Source: Eledone cirrhosa
Lineage: Eukaryota
Assembly (NCBI GenBank): GCA_964016885.1
Contig: OZ024745.1
Coordinates: 69,812,001 to 69,876,000, forward strand
Direction of reading: 5' to 3'
DNA: 64,000 nucleotides
Shown: positions 27,301 to 41,189 of the stretch, one piece after another
How positions within the stretch are numbered: position 1 is the first letter of the stretch
Layout of the letters: each line of letters begins with the position of its first letter
Notes under the pieces: generated by a model
The model's input: the letters and a program-made list of their open reading frames with translations, nothing else
Database searches by the model: none
What the model was told of the DNA's origin: nothing
Translations under genes and position numbers: made by a program

Positions 27301-30300
27301 TGGTTGTCCAGAATAAATAATGATATAGCTAACTAGAATAATGAATTAAACAGACCTCAGAATACTAACAAACACTTTAATATCTAATTATCACTGACTC
27401 TTGTCTCTAAGGTTAAATTTGTTTATTTTCACTTCAGGTAGATAAAAAAAAATATTCTGTGTCGGTGGATCTTTGGACTTCATACAACATCGCATGGAGC
27501 AACACCGTTCTGTCTGAAAGTCCAGCCCTTTGTCACAGAAAACGCCATCAGGAGTAGAGAATATCAGCAATGGAATGTGTATTGGCATTATATATGCTTT
27601 TGTGTCTAATCTGAGAAATTGGCTTCTTTACTTGCTTGTTCTAAGAGATATCCGTTAAATATAATTTTCCTTTTCTGATTATTTTATTATAAATTATTCC
27701 TGAAGCATTACAAACATATACATGTAACATGAATTGATTATTCTTCTTGTATATACAAATAAATATATATACATATATATATGTTTGCTGATTTACCTTT
27801 GTAAAATGAACACATCTGAACAGTGTGACATGATTAATCTATCGTAACAGTAATTTTTAAATCATCTTACTTAATTTATAATCCAAAGTAGTACCGACAA
27901 AAAGGGTTAGTAGTGTATAGAATATACATGTTTTACTTCAGTATTTGAGCTGACATGGAGTTAGTGGACCATCACATAACATTTTAGATTGCTAAATTTG
28001 ATAGAAAATTGTGTTAGTGTATTTTTTTTTTCTAAATTGAGGTGACGTTTGCAAAAAATCATTGAAGGAGAATCTTCCACTAAATGCCATTACAGAAGAA
28101 GCTGTTTGCAGTTTGTTGAATGTATTTCTAACTACTTCTCATTGAATATTAGATTTACTTCAGTCGCAAATTCCATATGTTCAAATTTATTTGGAAAAGA
28201 CAATTTTTAAACCTAGAAAAGGAATAAGATATCAGAACGCTCATATTATAGATACACAGGAATTTGAGATATGAAAACCTTAAGAACGTTGGTAAAATCA
28301 GTTATCATGTGATACCCATTGTCCATGCTTCAATGAGTTGAAAAAATGCCGGAGTGTGTAAATGTTTCCTGAGCGTTAAGCAGTCGAGATTACATTTTTG
28401 CAGAGTGAACTCCTAGCTGATCCTGGCCCTCGACTTCAGTTGATTGAAGTGGCCCAATGTCCAGTTAAGTGCTGCTTTGTTCAAGAACACGAAGTCTCAT
28501 CAGGTATTGGAATCGAAACCACAAGCTTATGTTCCTGATCTTAATATCCTCAATACTTGGACCCATTTCAACTCACAGGTTTATACCTCATGACACACAC
28601 TGCTATATTAGACACATACATACGACAATTTCTAATCTGTTTCCATGAAATTAGTAATATATTTACAGCGCATTAGAACAGAGAGCTCTATGCATAATTC
28701 TACGCAGCAAAATGTCGTCGGCGAATTGGGAAAGTTGTTTTTCCATCGCATATAAAACATTGTATATATTCGCCAAAATGAACATTGCATTTCCCGTTTC
28801 TGGGTCAATAAATAATTTACGAGTCCCAGCCAGTGGATTGACGGAATGTAACAGTGTATGGTGCGATGCCCTGTCATATCTGTTCCGATACTCTGCATTA
28901 TCATTTTAAATTTCGCCTAGGGATTCAATTCCTATTGATAACAAAGTATAATACCTTGATCACGGGACTTCAACTGATTATGAAAGCTGCAATAATTAAG
29001 AGGCTGTTGTGGCTGGCTTCTACTGAAGTCATACGGCATGAATGGGGGGTGGCTTAGTATGTTAGGGTAAAGCTACAAGAGATTTTTTACTTTGGATGAA
29101 CAACGTTGAATGTAACTGAATAATATTTAAAATATCCACTCAATCGTCTTAAAGAGAGGAAAACAGTTTGGATGAATACAATGTCTGAATAATATAGGGA
29201 AACATACTATTTCTAGCATGATAGGCTGAACCTTACTTAATCGACAATAACACCAGCACCAAGTACAGCACGATAATTAGAATTATGCTTCTATTTACAC
29301 TAAATTGAAGTTTAATTTGCTTCACGAAAATTTCATGGACTTCTTCTAAATCGGTGATTCTCAATGGGGCCTTAGTGCCCAGCTGGTGGTCATATGGAAA
29401 TTTTGGATTTGGGGGGCATATGAAATTATGGCTGGCCATATGATATTAATGGAGCATTTGAAACAATAAGGGGTATTCTTAATCTAGGGGGAAAGTTTGC
29501 TGATCTGTGTGAAAAACGTGATTTCGAGACATGTGATTTTTGCCTGCACGCATGTGAGTGCTAAGAAATTGTTGACGTACGACAGTATGTACGCTTTATG
29601 TCTATGGTTGTCTACTTATATAAATATCAGTAATATAACGTAGTGGACATTTGAAAAATCAGGATCTCTTGGTGAGGCATGGAGCAAACAAGATTGAGAA
29701 CCTAGGTCCTAAATGGTATAAACTAATATTTAAGTATTTATGAACGATGGATGGTGGAAAGGTTATAGCATCAGATTTTGTAACAACATTTCTGAGAAGA
29801 AAGGATAAATATTGCATGTATGCAAGATAGGTTCAATACAATTATTATGAAGCTTGTACAGGAACAAATTCTCTCCAGGGTACGAAATGCTGTAGGTGTA
29901 CAGCCTGCGCACGTAGAGTGAATTGAGATAATATATTTGTTGCTTACATACATACTTGCTATAATGAAAAAAAGAATCTGATGAAATATAACACATTACG
30001 TTTCATCAAATATTGATTTTCTATGCTAACACCCACCGCCCCCTCACTGAATTTTCTCACTAAAATGATATTCAAATGACACAGATAAAAAGCGCTAAAA
30101 TCAGGATGTACAAGGAGGTTTGGATACTAACCTAGAAACATAAAACATGACCCAAAGTATTAATAACACGATATATGAGGATTGTTAAACATGCAGTGAA
30201 GTAATACATACATATGTTTGAATCATGGAAGATTATGGACAAAATCCCTAGAAGGCTGTTAGTATATTGACTGGCAAACCCTCATCTTCAATAAATATCG

Positions 30301-30708
30301 TTTCTACCGAAGACAAAAGTCTTAAAGTGTATGATGTTCGTTTCACGAAACTAAACTATTGAATTTGATAACATGCTGCAGGTTTTCTTTTTATTCCGTA
30401 AGCAATACACATTATATCAATCAGCTCCATAAATTGAGTTGCAGATTTATCATACAATGTGTCGCATTGATTCACACTAGAATTCCAACACATAATTTAC
30501 ATCAGTAATAGTATAATAAAAGGTAATATGTAAGGCTTTCTAGTCTAGTTTTTATACTTTCAATATCTATATTGCCTTTAGATTGTGATTACGTACACGA
30601 CATAATCCATACTTTTAGTTGTATCCCTTCGCGACATGAGTTCAAGTCCCGTTATGGTGTATTTACCTGCCCCCTGACTCCTGAGGGAATGATTGTACGC
30701 AATTGTCT

Positions 30709-31132
30709 TAAAGAGAAATGATATATCGTCCAGGTGTGTGAACGACATCTCATCTCTCTAAGATTATTAATTAAAACAGATGGGCTTTAACGATAACAAG
30801 GCTAATCTTTTATTAAATGATTCATTTAATAACAAACAACATAATAATTACATTCATAGGACATACCCTGCAAGCTAAACGGCAATGGCTTAATTCTTAC
30901 ATTCAAGAAGAGATATTAAAATCTCTTGGTCAAAAACAGGCGTTTTTACAAAGTACGTCCACGTAGCAGGACAAAGCGACTGGAATTGAAAACCAAATCT
31001 TTTGAGTTTTACATTGGCGTCTCTTCTTTTAGAGAACGCCGAGATAAGGGAAGTAATTCGCTATTTTTGTGTTACCCACAGGTGGCGACACTGCGTTGCT
31101 ATAGTCAACACACTGTCGCCATAGTTACTATA
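30709..31132 (-). repeat. 3' LTR
   Basis: Direct repeat of 36364-36788 with roughly a dozen differences by eye. Confidence 0.95.
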
Positions 31133-31699
31133 TTCACCTCCGACCAGATTTTTAATAAAAATCGTAAAACAAACGATAGCATGGAGGAACTAGAAGTTGT
31201 AAATTGGTGCAAGAAAAATTCCTGTAGTATATAACAATGAAGCCAAAGCCTTACAAGGTACTCTTTACAAGTTGTTGAAACCGGTTTCAAAACGAACAAT
31301 ATAGAGGTGAAATAGGTTAATGCATGCAAGCATTACACAAAAAATATACAACAAATGCAATAATTATACACATGCAGCAATAAATGTAAAATGCATTAAA
31401 AATACCATTCGCAGTAAGGGTCCCAAATGCGATAAAAAAAACGATAGGCATTGAAAATGCCATAGGCAGTAAGGTTACAAAATGCAATGAAAAATTATAA
31501 TATGCCTTAAAAATATCAAAGGCAGTCAGGGTACAAAATGCAACAAATTCAATATACAGTAAAAATAACTGCAAGAAAAAAGAATACAATTCAGAAGTTT
31601 ATAGTACTGCATAGCTTACGGGGCCAATGCATCCTTCGACCTGAACGGGTCGTATTTCTGTATGTTGGTGGTGGTGGTGGGGGGGGGGGGACTAAGAAA

Positions 31700-32600
31700 C
31701 AAGTGTATGTGGCGAAGAAAAAGAAGGGGGCATTTGTGGTTCAAGTGTCACTGTGTCAGTGTCCAGATTGGCTCGTTTGAGGCGATCAACGGAAATAGTT
31801 TCCCTGGACCCCCTAATGTCCACTGTGAAATGTTTCTCTGTTCGAGCAAGCACACGATAGGGTCCAGAGTACGGCCGTGTGAGAGGGGGGGTCTCACAGC
31901 GTCGTCTCTAACGAACACATGTGTCCACAAGGCAATATCCCTTGGGACGGCAGTTTTTACAGTTTGCTTCCTAGTGTCCATCGGTGGTAAATCCTGGAAG
32001 TAAGAATGAAGCCGAGACACGTAGGAAGCGGGATCCTGCGAAGCAAGATCAACAGGAGCAAGCATTTGCCCCGGTAACGCAAGAGGAGTACCATAAATCA
32101 ATTCGGCCGGGGAGAACCCAAGGTCCACCTTTATTGTCGACCGAATACCTAACAACACAATAGATAGGTACTCACTCCAATGTGAAGAGTCCATTGAAGC
32201 CCTTAAAGAGGCTTTAAGCTGTCTGTGAAATCTTTCCACCATTCCGTTTGATGCTGGATGATATGCCGTGGTTCTTATGCGAGTAGCGCCAATAAATTGT
32301 GTTAATTCACGGAAGAGGTTCGATTCAAATTGACGACCGCGGTCCGTTGTTATTGTGGTTGGTACTCCAAAACGAGCGATCCATGCAGATACGAGAGTAC
32401 GCGCTGTCGTTTCAGCAGTGATATCTGTCATAGGGATGGCTTCAGGCCAACGCGAAAAACGGTCAACGATCGTCAAAATATTCGAATAACCACGACTAAT
32501 CGGCCACGGGTCGACGATGTCCACATGAATGTGACGAAATCAGGCATCAGGACAGGTGAAAGTTCCGAGAGGAGTTTTAACGTGCTTATGAACTTTTGAC
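31700..32600 (-). pseudogene. Gypsy integrase (frameshifted from pol and again near its C-terminus)
   Basis: DIVDP…[40 protein letters not shown]; GPY motif in a shifted frame. Confidence 0.95.
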
Positions 32601-34760
32601 TTTTGGCAAGAACACAGGAACGACACCAAGAAGCAATGTCACGTCTCATATCAGGCCAGAAAAATCTGGCTGTTATGAGTTTTACCGAGGCTGTAGCTCC
32701 TGGGTGAGAAATGCCATGCAAAGCGAGAAATACAGTTCGTCGATGACCAACTGGGACGAGAGGTCGTGGTGAGTCCAACGAGATATCACAAAGTATCTGT
32801 CCGTCAGCGGTTGATAAAGGAAGGTATTTCATATTGCAGTTAATGAACTCCGGCGATGTGCAATCCAATGATTCAAGCGAGGGTTGGTCAATGGCCATTT
32901 GACGCAAATCTATATCGTTAGACGACGAGATCGAAGCTATCGGGAGACGAGACAAGGCGCCTGCCGCAGTGTTCAAAGCACCCGGAATATGTTGAATACC
33001 ATTGGTGTATTGGGAAACAAAATACAGATGTCTAGTTTCCCTAGGCGAATATTTGTCAGATTTTGATCTTAATGCGAAAATCAACGGTTTGTGATCTGTG
33101 AAAATAGTGAACGCTCTCCCGTCCAGAACATGGGAGAAATGTTTCACAGATAAATAAATTGCTAAAAGCTCACGCCTGAAAGTACTATAACGATTTTCGG
33201 CAGGCTTTAGCTTTCTCGAAAAAAATTCCAGTGGTTGTTGTAAACCATCGCACTTCTGTTGCAAGACTGCGCCCACGGCGGTATCCGACACATCAACACA
33301 GAGCGATAGCTCGGCGTTGGGCACTGGGTGGGCGAGCAAAGACGCGCTCGCTAACGCCTTTTTCACTTTTTTAAAATCCTCAAGCTGCGTTTTATTTAAG
33401 GAAATGTCCATATTCTTACGCCGGCAATTTTTTAAAATGTCTGTCAACGAGAACAGCAAGTTGGAACAATTAGGTACGAATCGCCTATAAAAATTTACAA
33501 GGCCTAAGAACTGACGCAATTGTCGCAGTGAACTTGGCGGAGGCAAATCCGATACTGCCTTAACCTTCTCAGGAAGAGGTCGAATACCATTGGTGTCAAT
33601 CAGATGGCCTAAAAATGTTAGTGAAGTCGAGCCGAAAACACACTTGGAAGCATTAATACGAACATTATATCTCTGTAAACGACGAAATACGAGATCCAGA
33701 TGCTTTGAATGCTGCTCAGGAGAAGAACTAGCAATCAACACATCATCGATATACGTGTACACAAAATCCAGGCCCCGAGTAACATCATCCATAAATCGTT
33801 GGAAGGTACTAGCCGCATTTCTTAGCCCGAAAGGCATAGTAAGGAACTCGAAAGTTCCAAAAGGAGTGGCAATAGCAGTCTTCGGAATATCCTCCTTTTT
33901 AACCGGAATCTGATTATAAGCACGAATCAAATCGAGCTTAGAAAAAATTGTGCAACCTTGTAATGAAGAAGCGAAATCCTGCAAATGCGGCATTGGATAA
34001 CGGTCAGGCACAGTAATCGCGTTTAAGCGTCGGTAGTCACTCGTCGGTCTCCAATCACCAGAAGATTTAAGTACCATATGTAGAGGCGATGCCCAAGGAC
34101 TTGTGGAACGCCGAATTATTCCTAATTCCAGCATGTGGTCGAATTCAGACCGTGCAGCTTTCAACTTCCTTGCAGATAATCTTCGAGGACGTGAGAAAAC
34201 AGGTGGACCTGTAGTGGATATAAAATGTTCAATCACATGATCCGGACTAGCAATTCGTAATCTTCCTTGCGTCAGCTGTGGGAATGATTTTAACAAACTG
34301 TGATACTGGTTGCCCACTTCAGCCAAGAAAAAAGCAGGGCTTACTGTGGCGATATCCGGCTTTGTACCCTCGAACGATAGGCCTGTATTAGCATCAAAAA
34401 GTCGTTGTCTGCGGATGTCAATCGACAAGGAAAAATGGTGGAGGAAATCCGCTCCCAAAATGGCGTATGGCAAGTCGGCGATAGTAAACTTCCACTTCAA
34501 TTCACGACGCAAATATTTTAACCGAAGAGGAAGCGAAATTTGCCCGTACGTTCGAATGGCCGTGTGGTTGACTGCTCGTAAATTTATATTTGATTCAGAT
34601 GGGGTTTTTTTTGAGATAACTGACTGGCCAAATACTCAGCGACGCGCCAGTATCGATAAGGAAAAGTTTTTTCGACCGTAGGTCGTATACGAAAAGATGG
34701 CGGTTCGGTCGATTTTCCCAGAGTTCACTAGCTGGCCCTAGTGGCTCTGCTTTGCGTTTT
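32473..34760 (-). pseudogene. Gypsy pol: protease, RT, RNase H, integrase zinc finger
   Basis: FLIDTGA (~34645-34665; an A8 run at 34605-34612 shifts the frame), [35 protein letters not shown]…C..C. Confidence 0.95.
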
Positions 34761-35700
34761 CCGATCTCTTGTAATTACAGGGCGTGCGACAACGTTGTGC
34801 CCTACTGCCGAAGTTAGCATGTTACCAACAAAACGAAGAATTATTGTTGTCTGCGTTGTAGTGCTGGCGATGAATAGAAGACGGCGGCGAACGGTACTCG
34901 TAGCGGTATCGAGGATTAGCAGACGGAGGCGAACGGTACTCGTAGCGGTATCGAGGATTAGCAGACGGAGGCGAACGGTACTCGTAGCGGTATCGAGGAA
35001 TAGCAGACGGAGGCGAACGGTACTCGTAGCGGTATCGAGGAATAGCAGACGGAGGCGAACGGTACCTCAAACGTTGAGAAGGCTCTCTGTGTTGTACGGT
35101 CAAATCCTCCACTTTTTGGGTGAGCGCTTCGATCATCTCCAACAGTTTGCTGTCGGCCACAGAAGAATTGCGTGGGGGAACAGAAGAAGAAGCCACACAA
35201 GGATTATGCCGACTGCTGTTAGAGTCCACCTCTAGTATTCTATCCGCGGATGCGGCAAGTTGATCTAACAATTCCCTCTCCAAATTGTTGACCAAGACCA
35301 TCTGCGCACTTGGCGGTAAACGAGAGAAAAATAGTTGTTTGAGGAATGGGGTGTCCATCCCCTGGGAGTCGCTCAATTCCCGCAGATGTCGCAAATAGGA
35401 GATTCGCGTCCTGTCACCCATTTGCGCATCATCTAACAATTCCCGAAAACGACTTTCCGCTGACTTGGTATTCCTCCGAATAATTTCCCCTTTCAACGAG
35501 CTATAAGTAACGTCTGCGGCTAAATTGGTTACCACATCCTTCACGGAATATGCCAACGACACAGGCAAGCCACTAACTAGTACCTTCAATTTATGCTGTT
35601 CTTTGGTTTTGGTTAAATCAAAATAGCATTCAAGCTGCAAAAACCATAACTTGATGTCGCCTGCGAAGGACGGCAAATGATGTTGATTCATGATGCCCAA
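34738..35700 (-). pseudogene. Gypsy gag (premature TAA at 34822-34824)
   Basis: LPSF…WFLQLE; the C-terminal CW*H..FG..A..C..PC motif continues to TAG at 34738-34740. Candidate -1 slippery site G GAA AAC at 34756-34762 leads into the protease frame. Confidence 0.9.
34872..35066 (-). repeat. 42-bp in-frame tandem repeat in gag (YRSPPSA[I/N]PRYRYE, ~4.5 copies)
   Basis: GCAGACGGAGGCGAACGGTACTCGTAGCGGTATCGAGGA units. Confidence 0.95.
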
Positions 35701-36349
35701 AGATTTGATGAATTTTTAAGGCCAAATTATTTCTTCGAAGCAGCTATGCGACCAAAAAATGACACTGGAATCCAAAATCTTATTCACGCGAATTCAACTG
35801 AAATTCTTTTTGAAAATTCTCGCCGGCCAAAATAAAATTTGCATAATAAAAAAAATTATTTTCCATGAAAATTATTTGGTAAGAAAATCCCAAGATGGCT
35901 GATTGAAAAATGTGTTTGTGATGAAGAAGCCGTCATGTGGCACGATGCAGCCAATCAGATGGCTGGGATTGAAGAAGACAAGCTGTACGCGGGAAAACAA
36001 CATTTTTGAGTCTCCATTTTGTTATTTTAACAGAAGGTTGAAAGCAAAGTTTTATATCCAGAGAAATCCTTTTTTTTTTTTTTTAAAGCGAGAAGTTGAT
36101 GCAAAAGGAAGAATATTGTTCACTCAAAGCCAAGATTCCAAACAACAACGGGCCTGAATTCTATATATATATGTGCAGCGTCGCACACTTTGTACATAAA
36201 ATAAATATCATTGTTGATAAAACGCTGGATGAGTTGTGATAAATGTTTATGTTCTTATCTAACTATGCTTGCAAGGCAGGTGAGAAGGAGATACAATTCA
36301 GCAATACAGAAGAATTTTAAACACAGTAGAATTTTAAAAGTTGTTCTTA

Positions 36350-36362
36350 GTCGGGGTCACCA
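36350..36362 (-). promoter_or_regulatory. Primer binding site, tRNA-Trp
   Basis: TGGTGACCCCGAC just inside the 5' LTR, complementary to the eukaryotic tRNA-Trp 3' end …GUCGGGGUCACCA. Confidence 0.85.
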
Positions 36363-36363
36363 A

Positions 36364-36788
36364 TAAAGAGAAATGATATATCGTCCATGTGTGTGAACGA
36401 CATCTCATCTCTCTAAGAGTATTAATTAAAACAGAAGGGCTTTAACGATAACAAGGCTAATCTTTTATTAAATGATTCATTTAACAAAACACAACATAAT
36501 AATTACATTCATAGGACATACCCTGCAAGCTAAACGGCAATGGCTTAATTCTTACATTCAAGAAGAGATATGAAAATCTCTTGGTCAAAAACAGGCGTTT
36601 TTACAAAGTACGTCCACGTGGCAGGACAAGGCGACTGGAATTGAAATCCAAATCTCTTGAGTTTTACATTGGCGTCTCTTCTTTTAGAGAACGCTGAGAT
36701 AAGGGAAGTAATTCGCTATTTTTTGTGTTACCCACAGGTGGCGACACTGCGTTGCTATAGTCAACACACTGTCGCCATAGTTACTACA
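36364..36788 (-). repeat. 5' LTR (TG…TA termini)
   Basis: Minus strand TGTAGTAAC…CTCTTTA, followed by the PBS. Confidence 0.95.
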
Positions 36789-37954
36789 GTCTTAACATCG
36801 ATACGTATTTTGTTTACTTCCAATAAATCTCTCGAGTAAAAATTCTATAACATTCGAAGAAATATAAATTTCATTTCGTTAAAAATTTCGAAGTTTACAT
36901 CGTTGATTTCATTATTTCTTATTCCCAAATTTATATTTCCTTTACATAACATATAATGTAAAAGAATAATATATAAAGAAATGTCTAATATGCTTGACTG
37001 AAAATTTACGAAAAGAAAAATTCACTTCAAAATTCAGAACATGTTTTAAGCTTCTTTACAAAATAATAAGTCAAATAGTTTAAGCATTATTTTAAAATAT
37101 TTAGATGATTTCAAATTGTGGCTAAAAAGGAATAAAGTACGAAATTTATATTTAAAAGAAAATAGTTATTTTAATGTTTGTTGACTGCTAATTTCCTTGT
37201 CTTGTTAACACCATTAACATGGATAACATTTTAAGTTTGTTGTTAGTATTAACATTGACAAAATGCTGATTATACTGATGACGGTAATGGAGCTGAGAGT
37301 TATGAAGAATATAATTTATTAGGGAAGCCATGAAGCTATTGATGATGTTAAGTATATTGTTTTGTTGTTTCAGTTTTTTGAGGTTACATTTTCACGTACT
37401 TGCAATATTTATAGCCTGTGTTTATGATAATTAATAAGTGAAGCAATAAATATAAAATTTCTCCAACACTATGTAGATGTATGGAAGCAGTATTGATTAT
37501 CCATTCTACGAACACACTATAAGCTATACATTATCACGTCAACACATTGACAGCCTTCAACGTCATCATCTACACCGCCTTATATCCCGTATTTATGAGA
37601 AGTTCTGTGTTTTTGTTATATATATATGACAAATTCTGAATGAACTCGCCTTCTTAGTAGAAGAGATTATTTATACAATATACTATTGCAAACAATATTA
37701 CACATTCTAATTTAGGCAAATAGCATTCAATATGGGGAAAAGAGTAATTCGATTATATCGATCCCAGTACTTGGCTAATACATTTCCTCTCTCTGCAGTA
37801 TCAAAAATATATTTTTAAAAGAACATACATTAAATAGGGATATAAGATCTTCCACAAATCAGATGCCACTAGTCACGGATATATAAATGATGTGCTAATG
37901 TGTTACGTGCGTTTTGCATGTTTGCGTTCGATGGACAGTGATTCTGCCGGTTAT

Positions 37955-38145
37955 TGTGAGCGTTAAGCGACTGAGAATAAGGCCCCAGACCAAGTGGACT
38001 GGACGCTACTCTGTCACAGGACTAATCCCAAACTGCCACTAGTATTCAGCTACGCGAACTGGAGCAAACGTGTTCAAGAACACCGTGCTCCGTGTTCAAG
38101 AACACAACATCTATTCTGGTAATCGAGCCCACGACCTTATGATCT
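37955..38145 (-). mobile_element. Decayed second SINE-like family (related copy ~28370-28560)
   Basis: Both share GAGCGTTAAGC…TGTTCAAGAACAC…AATCGA…AC…CTTATG, with a B-box-like GGCTCGATT / GTTTCGATTCC on the minus strand. Confidence 0.45.
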
Positions 38146-38302
38146 TCAACTTTTACACAAATGTATATGTTACAGACTTACATAGACAACTGAGACAATA
38201 CAATACAAACACATAAATGTAGATCCCTTACACAATTATTAATGGATACCTAGTTATCTAACGACAGCAACAGTTGACTGATAAAATGACACGTCGGTCA
38301 AT

Positions 38303-38580
38303 CATATTGGTGGCCTCGCCACGGCCCCCGCGGACAGAATGGAGAAGGCATGTCCTCACAGGACGGCAGGAGAGACCCGCTTGAGAAGCCATTCCAATTC
38401 GTGAGGATCACACCTATGGCTGGCCAGCTCAGCGCCTATGGTGGAGGACAGGGAGATAGCCCCAGAGCCGAGGACACCAGAGGTATCCACTGCCAAGGGT
38501 ACGACAGCAAACCTGTCGGAGAGTGACCGGTATTTGGAGGGTTTGGCCTCCTCAGCCCGACGTGCAACAGAACCTGGGTA
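38303..38580 (-). mobile_element. CRE-type LINE 3' fragment
   Basis: Reverse complement matches 42194-42476 (ACCCAGGTTCTG…CCTTGGCAGTGGA…TTCTCCATTCTGTCCGC…ACCAATA). Confidence 0.85.
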
Positions 38581-39427
38581 ACCCTACAAATTCAGTATTA
38601 CTCTGACTAATCAGAGCAAGGAATATACCCCTCTTTTGTTATCAGAATATCAGTCGCATATTTAGAGAATGAGACTGAGAAGATGGCAACCAAGAAGTAT
38701 AGTAGTAGTGATAATAATATTAGTGGTAGATATTGGAGTTATTGTGTATTGTTATGTATGAAATCAATAGCGGTTCAAAGCAGACTCACTGCCGAAGGAA
38801 AATCTAATTTTAGCACGTAAATAGTGAACTGAATTTTAGCTTGCTGACACGTGAAACCGAAATTTGGGAAAATTAGAGTCACTAAGTATAGAACAAATAT
38901 ATAATAGATAAAATGGAATAATATTGCCTGTTGTTGCCTAACTTCTGTTCCGATATATCCTCAACAAATTCTTTTACCTTTGTTTTAGCTGCTTGTTGTT
39001 TTGAAGAAAGTGACAGGCTATTATAATGCAGATAGAAATAATAGGAGGAACAATGTGGGCAAATATAAGAATACTCAATGAGCTGGAATTGAATTTTTAT
39101 AATTTTCTTTTTATGATTCAACGCTGTTTCCATTTTCCGATTGCTTAGTCTAATGTTAGAGATAGTGATGAACAACCACAGAATGAATATCCAATAATCA
39201 GTACATAAATAGATAATAAAGCTCTATTAAAAGAGTTAAAATAGGCACAGTTGTGAAAGAACGTTTCCATGGAGAATGAGATAAATGTATACAATGGTAC
39301 TTATTTTATTTACTAAGTTTTCCGTCTATGACGGCAATACATCGTAAAATAATACTTTGACAAAACACATCTATTAAATTTGGGTTCTCCTAAATTTGAT
39401 GTCTATCCGCTATTATGTTTTCTATCA

Positions 39428-39695
39428 CAGTGGATTGGCAGTATCGGTAGAGGGTCGGACGCCATGCTTTGCAGCACAGTTACGTCCCTTTACGGGCTGA
39501 TTTCAAATCCCGCCGAGGTTAACTTTGCCTTTCATCCTTACGGGGTCGATAAAATAAAGTACCAGTAATACACTGCGATAATTGCTGGCCTTGTGCCAAA
39601 AGTAGAAACAATTATTATTATTGAGTCGATAAAATAAAGTACCAGTAATACACTGAGATAATTGCTGGCCTTGTGCCAAAAGTACAAACAATTAT
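39428..39695 (+). mobile_element. tRNA-derived SINE with duplicated 3' module
   Basis: GTGGATTGGCAGTATCGGTAGAG…TTCAAATCCCGCCGAGG…; the GTCGATAAAATAAAGTACCAGT…AAACAATTAT module occurs twice. Confidence 0.85.
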
Positions 39696-40896
39696 GTTCT
39701 CTATCTTCTCTGATGCAGTGTCGGAGAAATGCATTTTCAAGCGTGAATTTGGCACCTCTAGAGTTCACTAGATTCTCAAAGTTATTAATAGGCTAACACG
39801 CATCAAAATTCACTACGAAACTGATACGTTTCTAATCAATAACAATAATCCAATTATACTTGAACGCGGTAGGTTCAGTTGTAAAATTACATAATATTCA
39901 TTTAGATGTTTTATGTAATTGTGCCATCACTTTAATGAAAATACATTGTGTTATTCGATATAGATTCCTCATTCATTATCCACATACATATTATCATACT
40001 GAGTTACATTCCGATGTAGTGACACACATTCAATACATTTAGCTTGACATTCATTATACGGTGAAATATATATTTTAGGAGTGAAATGGATGTGTAGTAC
40101 AAAGCATACAAAACCCATGTAACTATAATAATTAAGAGGTTGGGGTGTAGAATAAACATTAAAGCAGTAATCGATGCGTTCCATACTCTAATTTCATATA
40201 TCATGCGGTTAAATGTCGTCTTTCATCCTGTTTAGAGAATAAACAAATTAAGATAATTGTTCTTTTAACTTGAAACATTACCTACCTTTAGTACTACATT
40301 GTAATATCCTGATATTACAACACATTTTTTTTATCAAAGATTTAAAAGAACATTTGAAATATGTCCTCATGTAGCTGGGGTGATATCACAAGTTACACGG
40401 CAAGTGGACAGCTTTGGCAATGTCAAGGGTCAACATAGCCAGAAGCTGGGTACATGTGGATGTAACAGATGTGTCAGAGCGAGTATCGATGGTACCCTTC
40501 GTTAGCACAACTCTATGCTATAGTCAGTGATTTCACGTGTCCAGCTTTAAAAAGAGGTGAGGTGGGGCTGGTGATGTATGCTCAATGAAATGTGTAGCTC
40601 TGTAAGCAGATACTTCATATCTGCATATGTCGATCATGAAGACTTTAAATGTCAAGGAACATTTAACACTACCACTGATTAATTTGATGTAAAGGGTGTG
40701 AACCAGTTTTTTAGGGAGCAGGACCCAGATACTCGCTTTTATGTAATTCAATGGTTACTTGAACTAACGTATATATTACGATACATGCAAGTAAAATATG
40801 TATCCATATATGCATGAATGACTACATTTAAACGTGTATGTGTGCATGTATGTATGTATTTATGGATGCATGCATATACATATATGTGTAAATGTG

Positions 40897-41020
40897 TAAA
40901 TGTGTAAATTTCCAATAGAATCATCTCTTATATACATACATGCACATACATGTAACATGTACATACATGTTTGTGCATTTATGTATATAAGTGATGATTC
41001 TATTGGAAATTTACACATTT
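40897..41020. repeat. Small palindromic (MITE-like) element
   Basis: AAATGTGTAAATTTCCAATAGAATCATC…TTATATACATA is inverted as TATGTATATAA…GATGATTCTATTGGAAATTTACACATTT. Confidence 0.65.
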
Positions 41021-41189
41021 GTTGGGTTCAATACATTTCATAATTCAGTGGAAAATCAAATAATGAGGCACAACATAGTATCGTCAGAATGTCGAATTAA
41101 TGCTTGTAGCATTGAAAGGCGCTTCGTTTATTTTTCTTCACATTAAAGTGCTCTGGGGTCAATATTGCTTTTCATCCAACTATCATTAG

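Larger units (their letters stand above)
30709..36788 (-). mobile_element. Full-length Ty3/Gypsy LTR retrotransposon (mildly decayed)
   Basis: Two ~424-bp LTRs, TSD GTCT (30705-30708 / 36789-36792), PBS, and gag-PR-RT-RNaseH-IN order. Confidence 0.95.

Noticed and set aside
34730-34830. Apparent in-frame gag-TAG-pol readthrough (listed gag and pol ORFs share a frame)
   Set aside because: The protease DTG motif is in the -1 frame relative to gag. The shared frame downstream results from an A8-run frameshift at 34605-34612, so conventional -1 frameshifting fits better.
34872-35066. CRISPR-like regular repeats
   Set aside because: Contiguous tandem units with no unique spacers, in frame inside gag, in a eukaryotic context.
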